This document shows, piece by piece, positions 49,138-61,205 of a DNA stretch of 64,000 bases. Source of the DNA: Macrostomum lignano (taxonomy: Eukaryota); the NCBI GenBank assembly GCA_002269645.1, contig NIVC01002413.1, positions 112,940 through 176,939 of the forward strand. The letters run 5' to 3'. The position numbers were made by a program, and so were the translations under genes. The notes under the pieces are model-generated. The model searched no databases. It was not told where the DNA came from and worked only from the letters and a program-made list of their open reading frames with translations. Position 1 is the stretch's first letter. Every line of letters starts with the position of its first letter.

Positions 49138-50541
49138 TTAAACCAACGGAGCGGCGCCGTGAAGGGCAGCCAATCTGCTCAGGAAGCCCGAACTGCTCGA
49201 GCTGCCTGCCGAGTTGGCGCCGCCTGCGCTGGCGCCATTGGCGCCATTTAAGCTACTGGCGCTGCGCAGGTGCTGCTGACTGAAGTACGGATGGTAGCGC
49301 TGCAGCAGCTGCTGATGATGCTGCTGCTGATGCTGATGATGCTCAGAAGGCGTCACCGCCGCCCCCATCGCAGCTGCCATCCACTTTCGTATGCTTTCCA
49401 GATGCTGATCCTGCTGAGTCTGGCTTTGATGAGGCGTCGATGCTCCCGCCAGAGTCTGCTCATGATGACTGCTCACTGGAGTTGCGACCGAGGTGGCAGA
49501 AGCTGCGGCAGCGGCCGCCGCCGCCATCGCCGCCATGGCAGCGTAAGGCGAAATAGGCGCTGACACAGGCGGAGACTGCGGCTGCGGAGAGACTCTGGCG
49601 GCCGTCTGCTGCTGCGTCGTCTGCTGTTGCTGCTGCTGCGCCTCGTGAGACCGCATGTGCCGCATCAGCTGATCAGGCGACGGAAAATGCTTGCCGCAGA
49701 AGATGCAAAACTCGGCAGTCGGCATGGACGATGCTGAAGAAGATGACGGAGACGACTGCTCCGGAGGCTGCTGCACAGTTGAAGGTGCTGCTGCGGTCGG
49801 CGAAGGAGCAGCGGCTGTCGCGAACTGGAAGTAGTTCATCATGACTGCCCTGGCGTGGACGCAGTGCGGACAGGCGCACACAGCCGCGGTGTGGCCTTCG
49901 GGGACGCTCAGGCCGCTCCAGGCTGCCGCCATGGTGAGCTGGTGAAGCAGCTGCGACGAATGCTGATGAGACGAGTGCTGCTGGTGATGATGATGAGGCA
50001 GTTGCGGATGCTGATGATGCAGGGAAGTGCCAATGCCGAATCCAGCTTGCAGAGCACTTGTCGGTGTCGGCAGGTGTGGCGGCGGCGGCGGCGGCAGCGG
50101 TGGAGGCGGCGGCGGCATGAGATAAGTCGAAGCCGAAGCTCCAGTAGGATGCTGCGAGCAGGCGGCGGCTGTGGCGGCTGCGGCGGCCGCGGCGGCGGCT
50201 TCCAGAAGCTTCTTGTGCTGCTCGAGGGTCGACTGGCTGGCCATCGGCTCGTTGCCGCTTTTGCTGCCGGCAGTAGGCGAGGACAGCTGCGACAGCTTGC
50301 GACTCTCAGACTGACCGTTCTGCGTGCTGGCTGAGGAGGGCCGGCTTCCGTGATGAAGCTGGTGGTGCTGGTGATGGTGGTGATGATGCTGGGACTTCTT
50401 GCTTGACGGCGAATGCTGCTGCTGCTGCTGTCGGCCTGTCGATGATGGAGACATTGCCGAGGAAGACGCCGACAAGGAGCAGCCAGACGATGCGTCTTTG
50501 CCGATGCTGTCGCACGTCTTTGCCAGCAGGGCCAGCGGACT
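49138..50541 (-). CDS. ZNF503/ZNF703-like (noc/elB): NET-family (NocA/Nlz/Elbow/TLP-1) zinc-finger transcriptional corepressor, exon 2; spliced protein ~529 aa
   Basis: Phase-0 acceptor ctcatcccag|AGT gives the Sp box SPLALLAKTCDSIG. Also present: buttonhead-like CACPHC, a single C2H2 finger CIFCGKHFPSPDQLMRHMRSH and a C-terminal RYHPY motif. Confidence 0.9.
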   Translation of the reverse strand, partial: SPLALLAKTCDSIGKDASSGCSLSASSSAMSPSSTGRQQQQQHSPSSKKSQHHHHHHQHHQLHHGSRPSSASTQNGQSESRKLSQLSSPTAGSKSGNEPMASQSTLEQHKKLLEAAAAAAAAATAAACSQHPTGASASTYLMPPPPPPLPPPPPPHLPTPTSALQAGFGIGTSLHHQHPQLPHHHHQQHSSHQHSSQLLHQLTMAAAWSGLSVPEGHTAAVCACPHCVHARAVMMNYFQFATAAAPSPTAAAPSTVQQPPEQSSPSSSSASSMPTAEFCIFCGKHFPSPDQLMRHMRSHEAQQQQQQTTQQQTAARVSPQPQSPPVSAPISPYAAMAAMAAAAAAAASATSVATPVSSHHEQTLAGASTPHQSQTQQDQHLESIRKWMAAAMGAAVTPSEHHQHQQQHHQQLLQRYHPYFSQQHLRSASSLNGANGASAGGANSAGSSSSSGFLSRLAALHGAAPLV

Positions 50542-50571
50542 CTGGGATGAGATGAATGGGAAATATGTACG

Positions 50572-50728
50572 ATCATCGTATCATCATCATAGTCATAATC
50601 ATTAAATCATAATTATCATAACCATCATAGTCATAATCATCATAACCATCATCATCATAGTCATAATCATCATAATCATCAAATCATCATGATCATTATC
50701 ATCATAGTCATCATCATCATCATAATCT
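50572..50728. repeat. (ATC)-based degenerate microsatellite near the 3' end of the NET intron
   Basis: Direct reading. Confidence 0.85.
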
Positions 50729-51805
50729 CCACCAATTTTCCCTCGAATAGCTAAAAAACCCAGCAACAGGGCCGCGACGGAATTCTCGAATAACTAACTG
50801 TACGAACGTCGGAGCACAAAGGAGAGAGAAAGCTCTTTGATCTATGCCGCCGCCAGTCACGCACAGTAGGGGGGGGGGGATTGGGGGTTGCACAGCCATG
50901 CGTGTGTGCTTGGGGTGGGTCTGTCGGTTGTAAAGTTTGCAAAGAGTGTAATAATCATAACTGCTGCTGCTGCACCGGTTAATAAAAACTTATTGCACCT
51001 TCGGTTAAGAATTGAACGCCGCCCAAACCCCCGCCCTGACACTGTTGTAAATCAACAAAGGAGAGACAGGAGAGAGAAGGGGAGAGGTCGTCGGACCTCC
51101 TAGACAAGAGGAGGAGAAGGGGTGAGGGGGACAGGCATTGAGCAATAAATTACACAGCACAGTGTGTAGCACTTTATTGCAACACTAACTAAAGCTCCTT
51201 TTTAAGCTATCCCCTAAATAATAAAATATCGTATAATAATAATGCTCGTTTTACAACCGTCATATTTTGGGGTTGGGGCCGGTATTAGGCTCTAAAAAAT
51301 GCTCAGAAACGTAATTTCTGTTGCGCTGCTGCAATTGCGACTGTCAACCCCGCTCTGGGCCACTAAAAATTTAAGCGCTAAGGGTTGTAAAGCTTTTGAA
51401 CGCGGAGTTCGGTTCTTTTTTACTTTTTTAGGGGGCTGTAATGCTTGCAGCAATAATTTATAATGTATATTCATGTCGGCTAGCTTAGTTTTAGTCAATG
51501 CTGGGAGGCTAATGCAGATACAACAATAGCGTCTATCCTGTCCGTCTGTCCAGTGTCTGTCTACCTAATCTACCTCGTGAGCATACTATAGGTGTAAATA
51601 ATCACTTTGAATTGGAGAGGTAGAGTGGTAGGTTGTAAAATGAAACATCAAAGAGTTTTAATCCTTTTTATACAGCAATTCTCCATCCACTTGGGGTGTC
51701 CGTCTGAGATATTAAAGCGCATATGTACCAGTCGCTGAAAAGCCAAACCTCTGCCTTACTGTCACATAAACGGTATACAGGAGTTGAATAATGCCATGGC
51801 ATATT

Positions 51806-53293
51806 AGCACCAGGGGCTTTAGCACCAGGGGCTTTAGCACCAGGGGCTTTAGCACCAAGGGCTTTAGCACCAGGGCTTTAGCACCAGGGGCTTTAGCACC
51901 AGGGCTTTAGCACCAGGGGCTTTAGCACCAGTAGCTTTAGCACCAGGGGCTTTAGCACCAGTAGCTTTAGCACCAGGGGCTTTAGCACCAGGGGCTTTAG
52001 CACCAAGGGGCTTTAGCACCAGTAGCTTTAGCACCAGGGGCTTTAGCACCAGTAGCTTTAGCACCAGTAGCTTTAGCACCAGGGCTTTAGCACCAGGGGC
52101 TTTAGCACCAGGGGCTTTAGCACCAGGGGCTTTAGCACCAGTAGCTTTAGCACCAGGGGCTTTAGCGCCAGTAGCTTTAGCACCAGGGGCTTTAGCACCA
52201 GTAGCTTTAGCACCAGGGGCTTTAGCACCAGTAGCTTTAGCACCAGGGGCTTTAGCACCAGGGGCTTTAGCACCAAGGGGCTTTAGCACCAGGGGCTTTA
52301 GCACCAGGGGCTTTAGCACCAGTAGCTTTAGCACCAGTAGCTTTAGCACCAGGGCTTTAGCACCAGGGGCTTTAGCACCAGTAGCTTTAGCACCAGGGGC
52401 TTTAGCACCAGTAGCTTTAGCACCAGGGGCTTTAGCACCAGTAGCTTTAGCACCAGGGGCTTTAGCACCAGTAGCTTTAGCACCAGGGGCTTTAGCACCA
52501 GGGGCTTTAGCACCAGTAGCTTTAGCACCAGTAGCTTTAGCACCAGGGCTTTAGCACCAGGGGCTTTAGCACCAGTAGCTTTAGCACCAGGGGCTTTAGC
52601 ACCAGTAGCTTTAGCACCAGGGGCTTTAGCACCAGTAGCTTTAGCACCAGGGGCTTTAGCACCAGTAGCTTTAGCACCAGGGGCTTTAGCACCAGGGGCT
52701 TTAGCACCAGTAGCTTTAGCACCAGTAGCTTTAGCACCAGGGGCTTTAGCACCAGTAGCTTTAGCACCAGGGGCTTTAGCACCAGTAGCTTTAGCACCAG
52801 GGGCTTTAGCACCAGTAGCTTTAGCACCAGGGGCTTTAGCACCAGTAGCTTTAGCACCAGGGGCTTTAGCACCAGTAGCTTTAGCACCAGGGGCTTTAGC
52901 ACCAGGGGCTTTAGCACCAGTAGCTTTAGCACCAGGGGCTTTAGCACCAGTAGCTTTAGCACCAGTAGCTTTAGCACCAGTAGCTTTAGCACCAGGGGCT
53001 TTAGCACCAGTAGCTTTAGCACCAGGGGCTTTAGCACCAGTAGCTTTAGCACCAGGGGCTTTAGCACCAGTAGCTTTAGCACCAGGGGCTTTAGCACCAG
53101 GGGCTTTAGCACCAGTAGCTTTAGCACCAGGGGCTTTAGCACCAGTAGCTTTAGCACCAGTAGCTTTAGCACCAGTAGCTTTAGCACCAGGGGCTTTAGC
53201 ACCAGTAGCTTTAGCACCAGGGGCGCCAGCACCAGGGGCTTTAGCACCAGGGGCTTTAGCACCAGGGCGCCAGCACCAGGGGCGCCAGCACCA
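51806..53293. repeat. 15-bp minisatellite (GGGGCTTTAGCACCA / GTAGCTTTAGCACCA), ~100 copies, intronic
   Basis: Direct reading. Confidence 0.95.
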
Positions 53294-53934
53294 TACTTAA
53301 CTTCTATAGCACATTGTTGTTGCTGGGAAATTCTACGAAACTAAACTTCATTGCGATTGGGGGGTGTTTTAGACCAGGTTCTAGCAATGAGCCTGACAAC
53401 CTGGAATCTGTTTGATTGATTGATTGATCGGTCTGTTCCTATAAATATGTCATTCAATAACACTAACTCCTCAATACATAGAGTATAAAGTTGGCGGAAA
53501 TCCAAAATGCTGCGCTATATGCAAAGCAATGCTTATATAACCGCATCCATCATTCATCATTGGGGTCTTGACGTTCAATTGACAGGCGAGACCCTCGCTG
53601 TCTGCATGCACGCAGAAGCGAACGCAGAAGTTTTTGCCGACTCCAATCGCTCAATCAGTCAGGTCTCCTCCTCAATTTACATGCCGCTGACAGGACACAA
53701 ACTAAACTTCTTTGACAGGGACCCGAGGGAAGCAGAACTGCAAACTGACGGGCTGTGCTGGGGCAGACAGAAATATTATAAATCTTCTCTAGTTTTGCAA
53801 TCCATCTTATTTTCTTTGGTTTCTCTGCTTGGAGAGAAACGTCTGTCCACCACAGCAGCCCACCCGGTCTTGCCTGTCAGAGAGTTGAAGAAAATCTTCT
53901 GTTACTGGTTCAGGCCTGTTCTCAACTCTCCGAC

Positions 53935-56108
53935 CTCAAATCTCTCCCTTCTGACTCTCAGCCTCTATCAATCTCTGATCCTCTGACTCTCACCCCTCAT
54001 TTTCTATCAATCTCCGATCCTCTGACTCTCAACCCTCATTTTCTATCAATCTCCGATCCTCTGACTCTCAACCCTCATTTTCTATCAATCTCCGATCCTC
54101 TGACTCTCACCCCTCGTTTTCTATCAATCTCCGATCCTCTGACTCTCACCCCTCGTTTTCTATCAATCTCCGATCCTCTGACTCTCACCCCTCATTTTCC
54201 ATCAATCTCCGATCCTCTGACTCTCACCCCTCGTTTTCTATCAATCTCCGATCCTCTGACTCTCACCCCTCGTTTTCTATCAATCTCCGATCCTCTGACT
54301 CTCACCCCTCGTTTTCTATCAATCTCCGATCCTCTGACTCTCACCCCTCGTTTTCTATCAATCTCCGATCCTCTGACTCTCACCCCTCATTTTCCATCAA
54401 TCTCCGATCCTCTGACTCTCACCCCTCATTTTCCATCAATCTCCGATCCTCTGACTCTCACCCCTCGTTTTCTATCAATCTCCGATCCTCTGACTCTCAC
54501 CCCTCGTTTTCTATCAATCTCCGATCCTCTGACTCTCAACCCTCATTTTCTATCAATCTCCGATCCTCTGACTCTCACCCCTCGTTTTCTATCAATCTCC
54601 GATCCTCTGACTCTCACCCCTCGTTTTCTATCAATCTCCGATCCTCTGACTCTCAACCCTCGTTTTCTATCAATCTTCGATCCTCTGACTCTCACCCCTC
54701 GTTTTCTATCAATCTCCGATCCTCTGACTCTCACCCCTCATTTTCTATCAATCTCCGATCCTCTGACTCTCAACCCTCATTTTCTATCAATCTCCGATCC
54801 TCTGACTCTCAACCCTCGTTTTCTATCAATCTCCGATCCTCTGACTCTCACCCTCATTTTCTATCAATCTCCGATCCTCTGACTCTCACCCCTCATTTTC
54901 TATCAATCTCCGATCCTCTGACTCTCAACCCTCGTTTTCTATCAATCTCCGATTCTCTGACTCTCACCCCTCATTTTCTATCAATCTCCGATCCTCTGAC
55001 TCTCAACCCTCGTTTTCTATCAATCTCCGATCCTCTGACTCTCACCCCTTGTTTTCTATCAATCTCCGATCCTCTGACTCTCACCCCTCGTTTTCTATCA
55101 ATCTCCGATCCTCTGACTCTCACCCCTCGTTTTCTATCAATCTCCGATCCTCTGACTCTCACCCCTCGTTTTCTATCAATCTCCGATCCTCTGACTCTCA
55201 ACCCTCATTTTCTATCAATCTCTGATCCTCTGACTCTCAACCCTCATTTTCTATCAATCTCCGATCCTCTGACTCTCACCCCTCGTTTTCTATCAATCTC
55301 CGATCCTCTGACTCTCAAACCTCATTTTCTATCAATCTTCGATCCTCTGACTCTCAACCCTCATTTTCTATCAATCTCCGATCCTCTGACTCTCACCCCT
55401 CGTTTTCTATCAATCTCCGATCCTCTGACTCTCAACCCTCGTTTTCTATCAATCTTCGATCCTCTGACTCTCACCCCTCGTTTTCTATCAATCTCCGATC
55501 CTCTGACTCTCACCCCTCATTTTCTATCAATCTCCGATCCTCTGACTCTCAACCCTCATTTTCTATCAATCTCCGATCCTCTGACTCTCAACCCTCATTT
55601 TCTATCAATCTCCGATCCTCTGACTCTCAACCCTCATTTTCTATCAATCTCCGATCCTCTGACTCTCACCCCTTGTTTTCTATCAATCTCCGATCCTCTG
55701 ACTCTCACCCTCATTTTCTATCAATCTCCGATCCTCTGACTCTCACCCTCATTTTCTATCAATCTCCGATCCTCTGACTCTCACCCTCATTTTCTATCAA
55801 TCTCCGATCCTCTGACTCTCACCCTCATTTTCTATCAATCTCCGATCCTCTGACTCTCACCCTCATTTTCTATCAATCTCCGATCCTCTGACTCTCAACC
55901 CTCATTTTCTATCAATCTCCGATCCTCTGACTCTCAACCCTCATTTTCTATCAATCTCCGATCCTCTGACTCTCACCCTCATTTTCTATCAATCTCCGAT
56001 CCTCTGACTCTCAACCCTCGTTTTCTATCAATCTTCGATCCTCTGACTCTCACCCCTCGTTTTCTATCAATCTCCGATCCTCTGACTCTCAACCCTCATT
56101 TTCTCTCC
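53935..56108. repeat. 38-39-bp minisatellite (CTCTCACCCCTCGTTTTCTATCAATCTCCGATCCTCTGA), ~55 copies, intronic
   Basis: Direct reading; 13-aa periodic shadow ORFs. Confidence 0.95.
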
Positions 56109-56624
56109 TAGGTAAAAATCCATTCCCGATTATAATTCATACAGTAACCTCTGGCTTAAAGTCCCTCCCAAATCACAAAAATTGTCTTATTTAGTTGACT
56201 GACTGGAAGATCAACTTGGAAAGCTGACTCTGGATACGTGAGACATTCTGCGCATGCATTTCAGGATAAAAGGGGCATTGCAGGAGATGGGAAAAGTGGA
56301 GGGGAGAGAGAAGGGTTGGATGAAGGCTGACAGACAGGCTGACAGACAGGCTGACAGACGGGGACCTCGACCCGACCCTTCAGGATAAGTGACGTGTATC
56401 AAATCCTACAGTTGACTGCCTGGCTGGCTGACCCGCCAGTTTCCTTGGGGATTTTCTCCCTAGATTCTCTTCCCCCCTTATTTCTCTTCCAATTTCCCCA
56501 TCACAGCTCTCAAGCGTCTGTCTGTTTAACTGCATGTCTGTCCTTCTGTCACGAAGATTCTTTTTTGCAGCGAGGGACCGTGAACAGCTCAGTCAGAATG
56601 TCTTGCCTAAAACTTCCTATTTTG

Positions 56625-57263
56625 TTCTTCACCCTTATCCGACATCCGATCCTTATCCGACATCCCATCCTTATCCGACATCCCATCCTTATCCGACATC
56701 CCATCCTTATCCGACATCCCATCCTTATCCGACATCCCATCCTTATCCGACATCCCATCCTTATCCGACATCCCATCCTTATCCGACATCCAATCCTTAT
56801 CTGATATCCCATCCTTATCTGATATCCCATCCTTATCTGATATCCCATCCTTATCTGATATCCCATCCTTATCTGATATCCCATCCTTATCTGATATCCC
56901 ATCCTTATCTGATATCCCATCCTTATCTGATATCCCACCCTTATCTGATATCCCATCCTTATCTGATATCCCATCCTTATCTGATATCCCATCCTTATCT
57001 GATATCCCACCCTTATCTGATATCCCATCCTTATCTGACATCCCACCCTTATCTGATATCCCACCCTTATCTGATATCCCATCCTTATCTGATATCCCAT
57101 CCTTATCTGATATCTCATCCTTATCTGATATCTCATCCTTATCTGACATCCCACCCTTATCTGATATCCCACCCTTATCTGATATCCCATCCTTATCTGA
57201 TATCCCATCCTTGTCTGATATCTCATCCTTATCTGACATCCCACCCTTATCTGATATCCCATC
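56625..57263. repeat. 18-bp minisatellite (CCTTATCCGACATCCCAT / CCTTATCTGATATCCCAT), intronic
   Basis: Direct reading. Confidence 0.94.
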
Positions 57264-57425
57264 ACCCCACCGCGATCCCATTGATTGCTATTGAAACCGA
57301 ACCAAAACTTTATGAAGAGCCAAGCAATCAGCGGCAAATACAAACGGCAAAAGACCCAGCTAAGTGATTCGTAGAAATGCCAGACAGAATCAGTTTGCTA
57401 ATTAACGAATATTTTCGATTCTCAC

Positions 57426-57611
57426 CTGATTGGGCTGGTTGCACTCCAAGTAGTCCGGATGCAGGTACTGGCCTGTCAACTTTCGAGACAACGATTGCTT
57501 GCCATTGCTGCTGCTGCTGCTATTAGAAGAAAGTTTCGCCGCTGATTTCATAGCGTCGTTTCCCTGCTCTGACTTCAACTCGGCAATGTCGCTGCTACTT
57601 CCGCTGGTCAT
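57426..57611 (-). CDS. ZNF503/ZNF703-like (noc/elB): NET-family gene, coding exon 1 (62 codons)
   Basis: GQYLHPDYL matches the noc/ZNF503 motif (QYLQPDYL / ILHPEYL) that precedes the Sp box. Phase-0 donor CAG|gtgag joins in frame to 50541. Confidence 0.85.
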
Positions 57612-58623
57612 AGTTTGATTTATGATAATTTCTTGAATCTTTTCCAACGGGATGGATTGATCTCTGCTTTGGAAAAGAACTGAACCGTATTTGCTTTCAA
57701 ATATAAAAACTGGAGAAGGGAGGTTGGGGAGCGTGGGAGGTTGAGGTTGGGGTCTCGAGCCTTCCTGGTTGGTTGAGGCGGGCAACTGTCCTGTCTGTCC
57801 CCCACTTTAGATTGTTGAGTATTCGCTATATGTTGTGTTTTAGTGCGGGCAGTCGGCTGCTTTATCTGAAGCGCACATATATATATATAGGTGTATACAA
57901 TATGCGCCGGTCCAATCAAACGACACGAGGAGAAAGGGATTGCGAACAAAACCTTGGGGCTACAACTAACGCCAACTAACTATAGTCTACAAGGGAAATT
58001 GGAGGCAAGGAGAGAGACATGGGGTTGGTTGGCATCAAAGGCCTTAGCCGACATTTGCCATGTGTCAATAGAGAACAGAGAGAATAGGGGAGAGAGAGAG
58101 AGAGAGTTGGGAGAGGCGGACGGCCTCCCCGAGTGAAATCCGGTCGTGCGCCTCTTCTACACTTCACCCTTCACTTCACTGCAGATCTTCCACTTCTGAA
58201 CTCCTCCCGTACCTGCCAATCAAGCTCTGCTGGCTGGCAGGGGCGATAAATGGAGGAAATGAGAGGGGGCAGAGAGGGAGGGAGAGAGAGTGACAGCGCG
58301 CGGCCCTGTTAAATGTCTCTCGTCAATGGATTTCATGTGGCAGACTGGCATTCAGGCCTGACAGGAGGTCTATCACTCACCGACCGGGGCCTGTGTGACA
58401 CCCAGAGAGGCCCGCCTCGCAACCAACACACACAGAGTATTCTAGAGGCATACCTTTCTCCCTTCCCTCTACTTTGCCAATACCACGTCTCTCTCTCTCT
58501 CTCTCCTCCGTACCGCCTCGGCGCGCCCAAGCCCCCCCACCCAAGTTTTGATTGGCAGCTGTCGGCAAGATCAAAGGACGCGCGGGCCCGCGGACCGACC
58601 TTAAAAAATCGCCCCCACGTGGG

Positions 58624-58654
<31 letters not shown>

Positions 58655-58867
58655 CAACCCCCTCCCCCCGACTTCACTCTCCTGTCAGTCAATGCGCTAT
58701 ATTATAGTTGGGCAAGTTGTGTTCAAGTTGGACTTGCCACGGGGCATTGCGAGACAGAGAGCGGCTCCGTTTAACAAACCCGGAATTAGAAGAAAATAGC
58801 GAATGTGCATGCTGTACTGCTGAGTTCAGCTGACTGAAGTACAAAAACATCAAGGAAAATTATGATT

Positions 58868-60712
58868 TTGTGTCAGGAGTGTTTCAAAGTTCAGTTAAAT
58901 GTGTCAGGAGTGTCACATTCCAGTAAAATGTGTCAGGAGTGTCAGGGTCCAGTAAAATGTGTCAGGAGTGTGGCCGAGTCCAGTTAAATGTGTCAGGAGT
59001 GTGGCAGAGTCCAGTTAAATGTGTCAGGAGTGTGGCAGAGTCCAGTAAAATGTGTCTAGAGTGTCAGAGTCCAGTAAAATGTGTCAGGAGTGTCAGAATC
59101 CAGTTAAATGTGTCAGGAGTGTGTCAGAGTCCAGTAAAATGTGTCAGGAGTGTCACACTCCAGTAAAATATGTCAAGAGTGTCACATTCCAGTAAAATGT
59201 GTCAGGAGTGTGTCAGAGTCCAGTTAAATGTGTCAGGAGTGTGGCAGAGTCCAGTTAAATGTGTCAGGAGTGTGGCAGAGTCCAGTTAAATGTTTCAGGA
59301 GTGTGGCAGGGTCCAGTTAAATGTGTCAAGAGTGTGGCAGAGTCCAGTTAAATGTGTCAGGAGTGTGGCAGAGTCCAGTTAAATGTGTCAGGAGTGTGGC
59401 AGAGTCCAGTAAAATGTGTCAGGAGTGTCAGAATCCAGTTAAATGTGTCAGGAGTGTGTCAGAGTCCAGTAAAATGTGTCAGGAGTGTCAGAATCCAGTA
59501 AAATGTGTCAGGAGTGTGTCAGAGTCCAGTAAAATATGTCAAGAGTGTCACATTCCAGTAAAATGTGTCAGGAGTGTGTCAGAGTCCAGTTAAATGTGTC
59601 AGGAGTGTGGCAGAGTCCAGTTAAATGTGTCAGGAGTGTGTCAGAGTCCAGTTAAATGTTTCAGGAGTGTGGCAGGGTCCAGTTAAATGTGTCAAGAGTG
59701 TGGCAGAGTCCAGTTAAATGTGTCAGGAGTGTGGCAGAGTCCAGTAAAATGTGTCAGGAGTGTGGCAGAGTCCAGTAAAATGTGTCAGGAGTGTCAGAAT
59801 CCAGTAAAATGTGTCAGGAGTGTGTCAGAGTCCAGTAAAATATGTCAAGAGTGTCACATTCCAGTAAAATGTGTCAGGAGTGTGTCAGAGTCCAGTTAAA
59901 TGTGTCAGGAGTGTGGCAGAGTCCAGTAAAATGTGTCAGGAGTGTCAGAGTCCAGTAAAATGTGTCAGGAGTGTGGCAGAGTCCAGTTAAATGTGTTAGG
60001 AGTGTGTCAGAGTCCAGTTAAATGTGTCAGGAGTGTCAGAGTCCAGTAAAATGTGTCAGGAGTGTCAGAGTCCACTAAAATGTGTCAGGAGTGTCAGGGT
60101 CCAGTACAATGTGTCAGGAGTGTCAGAGTCCACTAAAATGTGTCAGGAGTGTCAGAGTCCACTAAAATGTGTCAGGAGCGTCAGAGTCCAGTAAAATGTG
60201 TCAGGAGTGTCAGGGTCCAGTACAATGTGTCAGGAGTGTCAGAGTCCACTAAAATGTGTCAGGAGTGTCAGAGTCCACTAAAATGTGTCAGGAGCGTCAG
60301 AGTCCAGTAAAATGTGTCAGGAGTGTCAGGGTCCAGTACAATGTGTCAGGAGTGTCAGAGTCCACTAAAATGTGTCAGGAGTGTCAGGGTCCAGTACAAT
60401 GTGTCAGGAGTGTCAGAGTCCACTAAAATGTGTCAGGAGTGTCAGAGTCCACTAAAATGTGTCAGGAGCGTCAGAGTCCAGTAAAATGTGTCAGGAGTGT
60501 CAGGGTCCAGTACAATGTGTCAGGAGTGTCAGAGTCCACTAAAATGTGTCAGGAGTGTCAGAGTCCACTAAAATGTGTCAGGAGCGTCAGAGTCCAGTAA
60601 AATGTGTCAGGAGTGTCAGGGTCCAGTACAATGTGTCAGGAGTGTCAGAGTCCACTAATATGTGTCAGGAGTGTCACATTCCAGTTAAATGTGTCAGCAG
60701 TGTGTCAGAGTC
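58868..60712. repeat. 29-31-bp minisatellite (GTGTCAGGAGTGTCAGAGTCCAGTAAAAT)
   Basis: Direct reading. Confidence 0.94.
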
Positions 60713-61205
60713 TTTGTTAGAAAAAGGTTTGAGATAATACTATAAGAATATGCAAGAAACAGAATGTGTCAGGTGGTGGCCAGAGGACTGAATTAGAAAA
60801 AAGAAATGCCTTGAGAGTGACATAACTGTCAGAGGTGTCAGACAAGATTATGTCACTATTTTAGTTCTGTAGATTTTTCGTCAAGTACGAGTAAAATGCG
60901 TCGAAAAAGGTCTTAGTGCCTGTGTGTCAGATAATTCGAGCTGTCATTCTCATGCAAAACCCCAATCTCGGCTACCATTGAATTCGAAAAAAACATACAC
61001 ACGCAGAATTCCAACGCCCCACGCCCATGCAGTTACCGTTGCTCTTATCGTGGGGTTGAAAGCTGTGGGTGTTATAGTATGCTTAATTGATTGGGTTGCT
61101 CAGATATACAGTTTAACAGCTGTATGTACAACTGGTGATCAACTGACTGCAATATGGGCAGACAGTGATTTAGGATTTATAGCGATAGGGATAAGCACAG
61201 TCACA

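Noticed and set aside
53507-53986. 159-aa plus-strand ORF in the NET intron
   Set aside because: No recognisable motifs; it ends inside a satellite and lacks supporting gene structure.
51864-57367. LVLKP, GAKAP, RVRGSEIDRK, SHPYL and SDKDG repeat ORFs
   Set aside because: Minisatellite translations inside the NET intron.
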